DNA from: a virus
Lineage: Duplodnaviria > Caudoviricetes
IMG/VR virus record: IMGVR_UViG_3300028833_000101
Span: 1 to 64,000 of that record
Reading direction: 5' to 3' (one strand)
DNA: 64,000 nucleotides
Part shown: positions 33,189-43,225 of the stretch, piece by piece
Layout: each line of letters starts with the position of its first letter
Position numbering within the stretch: position 1 is the first letter of the stretch
The notes under the pieces: model-generated
The model's database searches: none
What the model saw: only the letters and a program-made list of their open reading frames with translations
What the model was told of the DNA's origin: nothing
Program-made: the position numbers and the translations under genes

Positions 33189-34787
33189 ATGCCAAAAATT
33201 ATTATTAGCGAATATGATAATACCAGAGCAGGTCGTACTCCATATACTAATTTTGCTGTCGTCGTCCCAGGTTTCGTCAAAGAACGTGCCAAAGGTGAAG
33301 ATGGTAAATATCACTATGGTGGCATGGTTGTTAGCGAAAGTGCAGAAGCTGAAAGTGTTTTTGACGAAAATGATGTATACGAATGTACTAGTCGTGAAGA
33401 ATTTATCAATGTAATTGGTAAAGTCCCAGCTACAAAAAGTATCGTTATAGCTAAAAAATTTGCACAACCTGAAGAAGCTCCAAAAGCATTAACGCAAGAA
33501 GAATTTAATGCTGCCATTGCAAGAACAGATGGAAAGCTCTATGAGGCAGTTCAAGTTACATCAGAAACAAAGCCTACTGATGATAAAGGTGAAAATTATG
33601 ATGAAGGATATGTACATCATTTTGTATTAGTTGATGAAAGAACCGTCTGAGATATTGAAAAACGTTATGCCTTTATCAAGTATGGTAATAATGGTCAAGA
33701 TTTAAAATTAGGCCACCAATATGGTAACCAAATTGCTTATGAATTATTAGGATTAGGTTATACTATTTTATACAAAAAACTTACAATTGCAGGTGATATG
33801 AATGAAGCAAGCTATTGGTCTTGCTTAAAAGACAAAGGCGTTTATGACTTCAGATATATTCTTACTGGTTTATTAGAAGATAATACTACAGCAAATAATT
33901 TAATTATTAGCTTAGCTACACATACTCCTAAAGCTACAGAAACTGGTCGTGGTGATTGTATTGCTCTTGTTGATTTACCGGCTGATTCTTATGAAACTAG
34001 TGGATCACCAATGAGTCAAGCAGATGCAATTACATCTATGACTACTGCCTTAAGTCAAATCGATGCCTCTCAATATGCAGCAATCTTTGCACCATATGTT
34101 AAATATGCAATGTCCAAAGAATATATTGCTACTTGGAAAGGCGAAGATGAAACAGATACACTTGGTTGTGGCTGTGTCTTCCCTGCATCCTTCCATTATT
34201 TAGCTTGTGCTGCTAAAGCTGCCGAAACTTATAATGAATGGTATGCTGTTGCTGGATTTACAAGAGGTATTAGTAATTATACTATTGAAAGTCTTGGTTG
34301 TAAATTAGGTGAAGCTGCTGTTGACATCTTAGAACCACGTTATGCTACTGCAAATATTACAAAAGCTATTAACTTAGTTGTTAAAATTAAAAATAGCTAT
34401 TATTTATGGGGCAATAGAACAGCTTATGCTTTAGGCGCCAAAGAAGGTAATGAAGGTGATTTAAGAGCAAGCCATTTCTTAAATATTAGACAATTATGCA
34501 CTACTATTAAGAAAGATGTTTATGTTGCTTGCAGACGATTCACATTTGATCCAAATAGCGATTTATTATGGGTTAACTTCTGTAATGCTATTAGACCTAC
34601 ATTAGAAAAAATGAAGTCAGATCAAGGTATCTCTGATTATAAATTTGTTAAGGTTAAGAGTTCTCAAAAAGCTCTATTAACTGCTAAGATTAGAATTGTT
34701 CCAATTGAAGCTGTTGAAGACTTTGATATTAAATTATACCTTGAAGATTCTATCGGTGGTATCACAACTGATATTGAAGAAGAATAA
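33189..34787 (+). CDS. Tail sheath protein, 532 aa
   Basis: MPKIIISEYD; RGDCIALVD, WYAVAGFTRG, YLWGNRT, FLNIRQL, FDPN motifs; one TGA at 33648. Confidence 0.9.
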
Positions 34788-34805
34788 TAAAGGAGAATAT
34801 AGAAT

Positions 34806-35408
34806 ATGTCACAATTTGATGAAAGCTTAAATACTAGACACATTAGTTCTAACTTAGCAAATTATGAAGCAGCTAGAAATGCGTTCTTCACATTAATTGT
34901 TGATGACCTTTCTAACTTACTTAGCCCAGCCTATACTGGTGACCCTGAGGCTGCTGCTGAATCAGATAGACTTAATGATAGTCAAAATATTCTTAGATTA
35001 AACGTTACTAAAGCATTTGTTCCACACTTCAGTGTTGGTACAGAAGAATATAGACGTGGTAATGACGTTGTTAAATTTGCAACAGTTCCTACTTGGGATG
35101 GTGGAACTATTGAAGTTGATGACGTTGTTGGATTAGATACTAAATCTATCTTAATGTCTTGGTTATATCTTGCATATAATCCACATACACGTAAAGGTGG
35201 ACGTATGAAAGATTATAAGAAAACTTGTACTCTTTGTGAATATACACAAGATTATGAGTTAATTAGAACTTGGACTCTTGAAGGTGTATTTGTTACTAAA
35301 ATTACTGAAGCTGAATTTGACAGAGAAAATGACGGTAAACGTAAATTACAAGTTGAATTATCTTACGATAGAGCTTTAGTTGACCTTCCAGTTGTTGAAG
35401 AAAACTAA
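34806..35408 (+). CDS. Tail tube protein (gp19-like), 200 aa
   Basis: Follows sheath; KDYKK...RTWTLEGVF...LSYDRA. Confidence 0.85.
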   Translation: MSQFDESLNTRHISSNLANYEAARNAFFTLIVDDLSNLLSPAYTGDPEAAAESDRLNDSQNILRLNVTKAFVPHFSVGTEEYRRGNDVVKFATVPTWDGGTIEVDDVVGLDTKSILMSWLYLAYNPHTRKGGRMKDYKKTCTLCEYTQDYELIRTWTLEGVFVTKITEAEFDRENDGKRKLQVELSYDRALVDLPVVEEN

Positions 35409-35430
35409 TTAAAAAATAATTAAAAATATT

Positions 35431-35460
35431 AAGCAAACTTCGGTTTGCTTTTTATTTTTT
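35431..35460 (+). terminator. Intrinsic terminator
   Basis: aagcaaac-TTCG-gtttgctt plus T tract. Confidence 0.88.
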
Positions 35461-35494
35461 TAAAAATAAATTTATTAAATCTATTTTGTTTTTA

Positions 35495-35511
35495 TTTGCT
35501 AAATTATATGA
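35495..35511 (+). promoter_or_regulatory. Putative late promoter (TTTGCTAAATTATATGA)
   Basis: Motif copy after a terminator, before the RHH gene. Confidence 0.7.
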
Positions 35512-35548
35512 ACGTTTGAGCAATGTTTTAAGAAAGGAATAGCTTAAA

Positions 35549-35710
35549 ATGGGAAGAAAGAAAGTTGATAGAAGTGACAAAATAATGCAAACCTTTGAGA
35601 CTACACGACCATTAAAGGCTCGTTTAGAGGCACAAGCTAAAAAAAGAAACATGACAGTCTCTGCTTTAATCAGGGAGATTTTGGAAAAACATTTTGAAGA
35701 AAGATTTTAG
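35549..35710 (+). CDS. Ribbon-helix-helix (CopG/Arc-like) DNA-binding protein, 53 aa (below track cutoff)
   Basis: MGRKKVDRSDKIMQTFETTRPLKARLEAQAKKRNMTVSALIREILEKHFEERF; RBS AAAGGA. Confidence 0.75.
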   Translation: MGRKKVDRSDKIMQTFETTRPLKARLEAQAKKRNMTVSALIREILEKHFEERF

Positions 35711-35725
35711 AAAGGGATATTTAAA

Positions 35726-36493
35726 ATGGAAGAAAGACAAACAAATTACACTATTGGAGAAGGAATGGAATTACCATCAAAAGGTCTTATTTATGGTAAA
35801 CAAGTAAATTCCCACGTAGAACTCCGCAGTATGACAGCTAGAGATGAGATGAAACGTTTATCTCCAAGCACCACGCAATTTAAGACTTTAGCAGATATTA
35901 TTGAAGGTTGTATGATTGAAAAACCAGCAATTCATGTCTATGATATGGCTTTAGGTGACTATGAATACTTACTTCATAGATTAAGAATTGTTACCTATGG
36001 TGATGAATATAAAATGCAACTCAGATGTCCATTCTGTGGTGAAGTATTTGAAACTATTGCACACTTAGAAGACCTTGTAGTTAAAGACTTTGATTATGAA
36101 GCTTTTGAGAAAGCTAGAACAATTGTTTTACCAAAAAGTGGTAATACTGTAGTTTTAAAATTTCAAACACCAAGAATGCTTGATGAGATGGAAAATAGAA
36201 CTAAAGAACTTAAAAGAAAATTTAAATCCGCAGACATTTCATTTGAAGTTATGGTATTATTAACTAGCGTTATTGATACTGTAGATGGTATGCCAATGGA
36301 TCAAACTAAACTAGAGGCTTTTATTGATAAGCTTCCAGCTCTTGATATGGCTAAAATTATTAATAGTATTGATGCTTTAAATGATATGGTAGGATTGGAC
36401 AACAAATTAATTGTTGACTGTACAAAGTGTGGAGGAGAGGTACCTACATCCTTTCGCTTTGGGACCGAATTTTTTAGACCCACAACTATCTAG
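35726..36493 (+). CDS. Tail assembly chaperone / baseplate hub assembly protein (T4 gp26-like), 255 aa
   Basis: ELPSKG, LRSMTARDE, LRIVTYG, two CxxC pairs, C-terminal EFFRP; between tube and tape measure. Confidence 0.75.
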   Translation: MEERQTNYTIGEGMELPSKGLIYGKQVNSHVELRSMTARDEMKRLSPSTTQFKTLADIIEGCMIEKPAIHVYDMALGDYEYLLHRLRIVTYGDEYKMQLRCPFCGEVFETIAHLEDLVVKDFDYEAFEKARTIVLPKSGNTVVLKFQTPRMLDEMENRTKELKRKFKSADISFEVMVLLTSVIDTVDGMPMDQTKLEAFIDKLPALDMAKIINSIDALNDMVGLDNKLIVDCTKCGGEVPTSFRFGTEFFRPTTI

Positions 36494-36698
36494 TGATGGT
36501 AAGGCCTATGGACCAAAAAGATATAAAGAAATAGTTAAAGAATGTTGGTATATTAGTGATAACTTGCACACTAGCTATACTGACGTGTTAGATTTAAGCT
36601 TTCAGGAGAGATTTTATTTAATAGAATATATTAATGCTAAACAAGAGGCCACGAAACAAGCCATTGAGAAAGCAAAAACTAACAAAAATAATAAATAG
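36471..36698 (+). CDS. Chaperone second-frame ORF (gp51/GT-like), no convincing own start; possibly reached by frameshift
   Basis: SYTDVLDLSFQERFYLIEYI resembles hub-assembly-catalyst peptides; no ATG in the ORF; overlaps the TTTTTT run at 36470-36475. Confidence 0.6.
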   Translation, partial: FLDPQLSSDGKAYGPKRYKEIVKECWYISDNLHTSYTDVLDLSFQERFYLIEYINAKQEATKQAIEKAKTNKNNK

Positions 36699-36711
36699 GG
36701 AGTTATAAAGC

Positions 36712-38907
36712 ATGGCAGATGAAGTTTTTACCGAAGCACAGCTAAATAAAATGCTGGATAGAATTCGCTCCTTTTCAAAAGAGGAGTCTGAATTCGAGCA
36801 ACAAGAAGCTAATAGACTTTTAAGGCTACGCATTAATAATGCGGAGGAACTTTATGATTTGCAAGTAAAATTAGCTCAAAACGCTACTACTGAAAAGCTC
36901 AGACAAGAACAAGCGCTTAATAAGCGTTTAATTCAAATGGGCTATGATGCAGCTGCAGTTGTTGAACAACGCACTTTAGCAGAACGTCGAAAAGCAATCG
37001 ATGAAGAAGAAAAAATAGCCTTAAAAGGTAAAAGTGGCGCAGAAGCTGCTGCAATAAAAAATGAATATAATAAAAAGCGTGCTTATCAAACAGCTTTTCA
37101 AAAAGAAATTGATAAGGTGCAAGCAGCACGTTTAAAAGAAGAAGAAAAGCAAAATAAAAAGAAAATTAAAGATCTAAAAAATCTAGCTTCTAGTGAATTT
37201 AGTACCCTAGGTGATGTGCTCTTCAAAAATAAAGAAGAAGCTATTCAAAACTTAATGGCAGAAAAGGGCATCTCAAGAGATGAAGCCGAACAAGCTGTTA
37301 AGGGTCAAAGAATGCAAGTTGTTGCAGAGCAAGGTCAAAAACTTATTGAAGATTTTGCAAAGCAATTACAAGGACGTATCGATGAAATTGCCCAAGCACA
37401 AAGCACTATTGATACTCGTTTACAAGGACTAAAAGGACAAAGAACATTCTTAGGTTCCTACTGGAAAGCAATGAGCCAAGATATTATTTCATATGTTGGC
37501 ATGTCTCCAGTAGTTAAGCAAGCAGATGTTGTTAATAGCTTAAAAACATTAGTTGGAAAAGGTATTGCATTTAATGTTGAACAAAGAGCTTTCTTAGATA
37601 CAGTAAGTGCTAAAATCGCAAATACATTTGATGCTACAGATGCTACTTTGCTTAAATTAGTTCGTATTCAACAAGCAGATACTACAGCAGCTCGTTTAGG
37701 CATGGAATCTGCTTTAACAGCATTCTTAAACAACATGTATCAAACTACTGAATACATGACAGAAGCTGCATCTGAAATTAGACAAAATTTATATGAAGCA
37801 AGTGCTTTAATGGGCGCTAAAGATGCAACTGCATTTGAATATCAAGTTCAAAAATGGATGGGCTCATTATATTCAGTAGGTTTTTCTAATACTGGCGGTT
37901 TATCTAGCGCTCTTGGTAAGTTAGCTGCTGGTGATGTAAGCGCTATTACAGAAGGTGGTTATGGAAACTTACTAGTCATGGCTGCCAATAGAGCAAATCT
38001 TTCTATTGCAGAGATTTTAGCAGAAGGACTTGATGATTCAGAAACTAATCAATTAATGAGAGCAATGGTTGGTTATTTAGGAGATATCTATAAAGAAACT
38101 AAAAATAGTAAAATTGTTGCACAACAATTTGCAAATGTTTATGGATTAACTGCTTCTGATTTAAAAGCTGCGGCAAACCTTGCTTCTTCTGTAAATAACA
38201 TTTCTACTACAAACCTAAATTATAGTGGCATGATTACCCAACTACAAACAATGGCAGGAACAATGTATCAAAGAACAAGCTCAGGTGAATTAATGACTAA
38301 CCTATTTGATAACTTGAAATATGCTACGGCTAATACTATGGCAAATAGCCCAACTTTATATGCAATTTATACAATTGCTAGTATGCTAGATAGCACTGTT
38401 GGTGGTATTAATATTCCAGCATTTAGCGTCATGGGCAACATGGTTGACTTAGAAACAACTGTAGCTAACTTAATGCGTGTTGGAGCTTTAAGTGCTGGTA
38501 TTTTAGGTGGCATTGGAAATATGATGGCCGGACTTGGTAACGGCATTGGTAGTGGTGCAATGTTAAAAAACTTTGGTATTACATCTGGATTAAATACTGT
38601 TACAAGAGGCAATGGTTCTGGCTTGCTTACTACATCACTACAAGGAACATCTGAATCAGGCTATGTTGGTAATAGTGAAGGCAGTGATGTTCAAAGTAAA
38701 ACTATGGGCGATGCACAAAGTGAGGCTAATGATCAACTTGCCGAAGCTGTTGATGATAGCAATGAAACAAAATTAAGTGAAGTTGATGCTCACATCGTTG
38801 ATATTATTAATATTTTAACTGATGTTGTCAGTGGTGGTGAAAGCTTCCACGTTAAATTTGATTCATCATATGTGTTCCCAGGTGGATATGGTGGACTAGG
38901 TAACTAG
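36712..38907 (+). CDS. Tape measure protein, 731 aa
   Basis: Helical Ala/Gln/Gly-rich protein with a Gly-rich hydrophobic C-terminal part, directly after the chaperone pair. Confidence 0.7.
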   Translation: MADEVFTEAQLNKMLDRIRSFSKEESEFEQQEANRLLRLRINNAEELYDLQVKLAQNATTEKLRQEQALNKRLIQMGYDAAAVVEQRTLAERRKAIDEEEKIALKGKSGAEAAAIKNEYNKKRAYQTAFQKEIDKVQAARLKEEEKQNKKKIKDLKNLASSEFSTLGDVLFKNKEEAIQNLMAEKGISRDEAEQAVKGQRMQVVAEQGQKLIEDFAKQLQGRIDEIAQAQSTIDTRLQGLKGQRTFLGSYWKAMSQDIISYVGMSPVVKQADVVNSLKTLVGKGIAFNVEQRAFLDTVSAKIANTFDATDATLLKLVRIQQADTTAARLGMESALTAFLNNMYQTTEYMTEAASEIRQNLYEASALMGAKDATAFEYQVQKWMGSLYSVGFSNTGGLSSALGKLAAGDVSAITEGGYGNLLVMAANRANLSIAEILAEGLDDSETNQLMRAMVGYLGDIYKETKNSKIVAQQFANVYGLTASDLKAAANLASSVNNISTTNLNYSGMITQLQTMAGTMYQRTSSGELMTNLFDNLKYATANTMANSPTLYAIYTIASMLDSTVGGINIPAFSVMGNMVDLETTVANLMRVGALSAGILGGIGNMMAGLGNGIGSGAMLKNFGITSGLNTVTRGNGSGLLTTSLQGTSESGYVGNSEGSDVQSKTMGDAQSEANDQLAEAVDDSNETKLSEVDAHIVDIINILTDVVSGGESFHVKFDSSYVFPGGYGGLGN

Positions 38908-38922
38908 TTAGGAGGATAAATA

Positions 38923-40980
38923 ATGAAAAAGTTTAATAATACAGATATCTTTACTGGCTACTTAAAACAATTATTACATAATTTTAACTTACCAAAGCTT
39001 CGTATTTATACCTATGAACAACAAGAATATAAAGCTAAAACTGGCAGAGAACGTTATGATGTTTTAGAAACAGTTACTAGTTATAAAAATGCAGAAGATA
39101 ACTCAACTATTTATCCAGAACACTTAAGATATATTCCATACATTAAAGACAATAAGATTCAAGAATTTATTGATAATGCTTGAGTTGAAGTTGGTGATAG
39201 AAACACAAAAGTTGGAAGCCATATGCATGTTTACAATTATGGCAATAAACTTTTAAATTATACAAAAAATTTAAAAATTAAAGATAATATATATGATTCA
39301 TATACTCATGAGTATCTTGGTGATTATTTAAGATTCCAACGTGATTATTCTGGTTTAGATTTAATGCCTTTGTATAATTGCTTTAGTAATAGAGCTTGTA
39401 CTAGACTTAAATTATCTGCAAAATATGTAGCTAAACCGGCTGCATATATTCCGCTAAAAGACTTTGATAAAGCTGAAGTTTTTATGACCTTTATGAGCAC
39501 AAGTGATTATATTGGTTATTGGGTAATTCATGATTTTGACTATGTAGAAGTGACAGAAGAAAATCATGATAACCTTGGAATTATTGACTATCCACACTCT
39601 TCACGAGACGATAAGACAAAACCACAAACTGTTCCTTATAGATATTCTCCAGAAATTTCTGGAAAGTTTGCTTTTGATACAAGTGATAAGGACTATAAAA
39701 TATACATGGTCCCAGTCAAGTTATTTAAAACCTATACTATTGCTTTAGACTGTGATACACAAGTAGAAATGTGTTGTGGTATTTATGGAAACTATCAAGA
39801 TAGTCGTAAAAAATTTAATGATATATATGGGTTAACATATAAAAAATTATCTCACTGTGCTTTTGCTAGCCCAGTATTATATACAGAGTTACTAAATTTA
39901 AATCAATTTACTCTTGGAAATTCTTTAGTAGAGCTTGCACAGTCTGAATGTGATTTAAAATTATTTATTAAATTACCAGTAAATAATACCTCTACCATTG
40001 TTATTTTAGAGGGCGATTATTTAAATTGAACAAATTATACATATAAAAGACCTGAACTACAAATATTAAATATTGATGATTGAGGTGCTAATAGACCATC
40101 TTTGGACCCAGGCGGTGCTCCAATTCCACCAGCTGGAAAAGAGTATTTAATTTATTTAGATACTACACATTATAATATTTATAAAACATTTAAAGAAGCT
40201 GACAATAGCTATACATGAAAAAATCAAGGATTAATTTGAAAAGAAGCATGTATCGAAAATACTGATAAGAGTTTAAATACTCTTATTATTGATGATCAGC
40301 CGTACTATAGACAATATATTGCACAAGAAATAATAGATGAATACGAATATGATATAGAACATGGCATTGAGCCATCTGAAGAATTAAAAGCAAAAATATT
40401 TGTTGATTTAGATAAGTATTTTGAAGCTTATCGTGCAAATAAACCAAGCGTCTCAGTTGATAGTAAAACTGCTTATTTTAATACTTATATTAAAAAGTTA
40501 TTTATTAACTGTGTAAGCGATTGGGAAAAAAGAACAAATCATGCAGTAATTGATATTGAAAATGTTACAAATGAAAAGCATTTTGACTTAATCACTCCAT
40601 TACAATTATTAAGAATGAATACAAATGAGCAACACCCATTTGCAGACAGACTTATAGAATATTTACTCGAAAATAGTATTACTAATAGAGAAGATGAAAT
40701 TACAGATAATATTAAACGTGTGCAAAAAGCTCTTAGTTTAAATTATGATTCAAACAATTATTTTGCAAAGTATCCTGGTATTTGAGAGTATAGAATTAAT
40801 CAAATTATTTATGATTATATTAATTTGCACAAAAATACTTATGGCGTTAATCATGATATCTTAGGGTATGTTGATAAAGATGCTGAAAAATATTATGCAC
40901 ATATTGATACAGACAAGCGTACAGGCAAAAAGGTTGCTACCAGTATTGCTAATATTGAATTAACTGAGGAGGAAAAATAA
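38923..40980 (+). CDS. Baseplate-region hypothetical protein, 685 aa
   Basis: Single frame through several TGAs to TAA 40978-40980; RBS AGGAGG. Confidence 0.7.
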
Positions 40981-40982
40981 TT

Positions 40983-41579
40983 ATGGCAAAAATGGCAAAT
41001 AAATATATTCTTCCTGAAAATTATATTTATATCTCCCACTTAGATGAGGACTTTCAATTTTGAAGATTGCCAAGCTGTCCTGAGACAATTAATGACCAAA
41101 TGCAATCAACATTTGGTGAAACAAGTGCTCTTGGACGTTCTGCTCCTGTATATACTTATAGTAAGTCAGGTCCAAGAACCGTGCAAATTGAATTAAAGTT
41201 ACACAGAGATATGATGGATGACGTCAATCTCGGAGTAAGTAATTCTGTATTACAGGCTGGTGAAGACTATATTGATAATCTTATTAAAGCTTTACAAGCA
41301 ATATCATTACCAAAGTATAATCTATCAAATAAAGCTGTAGAACCACCAGTTGTTGCATTAAGACTTAGTAATCAAGTATTTATAAAAGGTATTGTAAATG
41401 GCCCAATTGCGCTTACATATAAGCTTCCATTATTGGCAAATGGTAAATATGCACAAGTAAGTTTAAGTATTACAGTAAGCGAAGTTGACCCATATGATGC
41501 AACAACGGTATTTAAAAATGGTTCATTCCGAGGTGTTGTACAAACACTTAAAAAGGGCATGAACATTGGTGACGATTAA
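40983..41579 (+). CDS. Tube initiator / baseplate-tube junction protein (gp48/54-like), 198 aa
   Basis: PETINDQ...ALGRSAPVYTYSKSGPRTVQIEL, PPVVALRL; one TGA. Confidence 0.7.
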
Positions 41580-41595
41580 TTAGGAGGAGACTAGT

Positions 41596-41922
41596 GTGGA
41601 AAAATTAAAAAATAAAAGATATGCTAACTATAATTACACAAGCAGATATACTGGCGTTCCATATTATTATGACTCTAAAAAAGATCGTGATGTATACGGT
41701 ATTGGAGAGCAATTAAATAAAATTAATTCTTATATATCTCATAAAGTTAAACCAGATGATACTCTAGATGGTTTAGCATTAACTTATTATAATAATCCAA
41801 CTTATTGGTGGATTATTGCATATTTTAATAGAATTACAGATCCATTTATTCAATTAAGCACAAAATTTAGTGTGATTAAAATTCCAAGTTTATCAAGCAT
41901 TGAATTTAAAAACGAAAGATAA
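41596..41922 (+). CDS. LysM-like baseplate wedge protein (gp53/P2 X-like), 108 aa
   Basis: HKVKPDDTLDGLALTYYNNPTYWWIIAYFNRI.DP...IKIP. Confidence 0.85.
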   Translation: MEKLKNKRYANYNYTSRYTGVPYYYDSKKDRDVYGIGEQLNKINSYISHKVKPDDTLDGLALTYYNNPTYWWIIAYFNRITDPFIQLSTKFSVIKIPSLSSIEFKNER

Positions 41923-41930
41923 GGTAAATT

Positions 41931-43214
41931 ATGGCCATAGTCCCAAAAGAAAAAAGAAGTTTATTATCTAGTCAAGCTAGAATACAAGCACCATGAATTA
42001 AAGTAACAATTGGTACATATACTTTTGGTGTTTTTTCAAAAACTCGTATTCAAGCTAAAGAGAAAACGAGTGACAATTTTTATTCTGCTTATGATGTTCA
42101 ATATCCAAGCTATGTTCAAAGATTAAATATTATAAAAATAAATGGCCAAGTTAACCAATACACACTGTCTATTTCTTATCCAATAAAACCAACAGATGAC
42201 CCAAACTTTTTTGAAAAAGTATTTAGTAGTGTATCTAAAACCCGTAAAATTATTTTTAGTTATGGTGATGCTTCTATGCCTACCTATGTCTATAAAGATG
42301 AAGAAGCAATTATTACTGGCATTACTCAACAGTTTGATCTAGAAAATTGTAGAATAAATTATACAGTTAAAGCTGTTTCTGGTTCTGTTGTAGGAAAAAC
42401 AGGCACGTTTACTTTTCCAAAATCTGGTTATGTAAAACCAAGTGATGAGATTAAATCAGTATTTAGAAACAAAAAATATGGTTTACAAAGCTTATTTACA
42501 GGAATGAATGAACGAAACTTAGCAAAGTTAATTGCAGGTGACGATAAAATTGTTCAAATTAAACCAAAAACAAATATCTCACCATTAGATTATATTATGT
42601 ATCTAACCAGCTGTATGATTCCTGCTGGCTCAACAAATAATAATTTAAGTAATGATATTTATATTTTAACAATTCATGATGATACTGTCTATGATAAACT
42701 ATATAGTGATACTGATTCATTGGGCGGACCTTACTTTAAAATAAGTAAAACTCCAACAAATGTTGAACAAGCTGACGCTTATGAAGTTGATATTGGGTTC
42801 AATACTTCAACAATTGTTCTTGGTTTTAGTGTAGACAAGGATGAAAATTATTCTATCTACTATGACTACAACTCACAGCTTAGCCCAGAAAAATACACTA
42901 GAAGAATTAATAATAAAGGCCAATGAGAAGATGTTTATTCACCTATGTTTACATCTGGAAATGATCGCTTTCAAACAAGACCAGAAGACATTACCTGATT
43001 TACTAAAATGACTAAATATCCAATTTCAGCAACACTAAAAATTCAAGGGTTATTGCGCCCAGCACAATTAATGCAATATTTAAGATTAAATGTTGTATTT
43101 CCAGGCGGACACAAACATATTAGTTCTGGACTGTATATTATAACGAAGCAAGTTGATGATATTAGTGAAAGTGGTTATGTTACTACACTTTCTTTAACAA
43201 GAATTTCAAATTAA
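41931..43214 (+). CDS. Baseplate hub protein (gp27/GPD-like), 427 aa
   Basis: Joined by TGAs; C-terminal ATLKIQG...SGLYIITKQVDDISESGYVTTLSLTR; position between LysM protein and spike. Confidence 0.7.
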
Positions 43215-43225
43215 GGAGAATTTAA

